From: Spizellomyces punctatus DAOM BR117
Lineage: Eukaryota
Direction: 5' to 3' (one strand)
Assembly (NCBI GenBank): GCA_000182565.2
Contig: KQ257450.1
Length of the DNA: 64,000 nt
Notes under the pieces: model-generated
What the model saw: the letters and a program-made list of their open reading frames with translations, nothing else
The model's database searches: none
What the model was told of the DNA's origin: nothing
Shown: piece by piece, positions 63,391 through 64,000 of the stretch
How the letters are laid out: each line of letters starts with the position of its first letter
Position numbering within the stretch: position 1 is the stretch's first letter
Translations under genes and position numbers: made by a program

Positions 63391-64000
63391 ATGGCAGGAG
63401 AAGAACCGGCACCGGTTGCGTTCTTCAAGCGTGGGAAAAAGGGATTGGCGAATCAACGAAAACGAATACGGCTGTCCGATGATGAAGATGACCAGCCAGA
63501 CAAGGTCACAGATGCTGCAACTGTTGCACGAAAGCTACGAGAAAAGACCAGCGGAGCGTTCACCTCAACTACTGCAAGTAAAAAGCGAAAGGAGGAAGCT
63601 GATATTTCAGGGGCCGATGAGAGGTCGGTTCTCGACGTTGCTTATGCCGCGAGTGGGACGGCAGCGTCGCTGAGCGCGGACATGGCGACCCGTACGCTGG
63701 ACGTTGACGGCAAGGAAGATGTAGCGCCCGCAAAGGTGCTCGCTGGGGACGAAGCAGAGTCAGCAGATAACATATACCGTGGACTCTCAGCATACAAAGA
63801 GTATGTGAACAAGCGCACGGATACAGTCACACAATCGAATGCATCACGTATTCGCGCTGGCCCATTGCGTGGATCGACGAATGTTCGTATCAGTTGTCGA
63901 TTCGATTACCAGCCCGATATTTGCAAAGATTACAAGGAAACAGGGTTTTGCGGGTACGGGGATTCATGTAAATTTATGCACGACCGAGGAGATTACAAGA
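63391..64000 (+). CDS. CWC24: Splicing factor Cwc24/RNF113 (3' truncated by the window edge)
   Basis: GPLRGSTNVRISCRFDYQPDICKDYKETGFCGYGDSCKFMHDRGDYK. Confidence 0.93.
   Translation, partial: MAGEEPAPVAFFKRGKKGLANQRKRIRLSDDEDDQPDKVTDAATVARKLREKTSGAFTSTTASKKRKEEADISGADERSVLDVAYAASGTAASLSADMATRTLDVDGKEDVAPAKVLAGDEAESADNIYRGLSAYKEYVNKRTDTVTQSNASRIRAGPLRGSTNVRISCRFDYQPDICKDYKETGFCGYGDSCKFMHDRGDYK

Overview
Gene-dense eukaryotic DNA, not prokaryotic. It contains about 36 protein-coding genes, most split by short (about 50-75 nt) GT-AG introns with CTRAY branch points, many in head-to-head pairs. Gene content (SMN, UXT, COA8, DCTN6, CENP-I, an intron-containing RlmN) and intron style suggest an early-diverging, chytrid-like fungus; this is inference. 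Most genes are housekeeping, many for RNA processing or RNP assembly. The best features not shown by the ORF track are: (1) an apparently non-coding spliced host transcript at about 30.0-30.64 kb whose two introns each carry a box C/D snoRNA-like element with an antisense stretch matching conserved 25S rRNA (snR13-like and snR64/U74-like); (2) a MITE-like element at 22.2-22.9 kb with a perfect 25-bp inverted repeat and internal 76-bp tandem repeats; (3) a bacterial-type RlmN gene with introns; (4) a flavin-reductase fusion and a degenerate retropepsin-like protein; (5) two start codons split by an intron. Gene models were spliced by eye and family assignments come from recognised motifs, not database searches.
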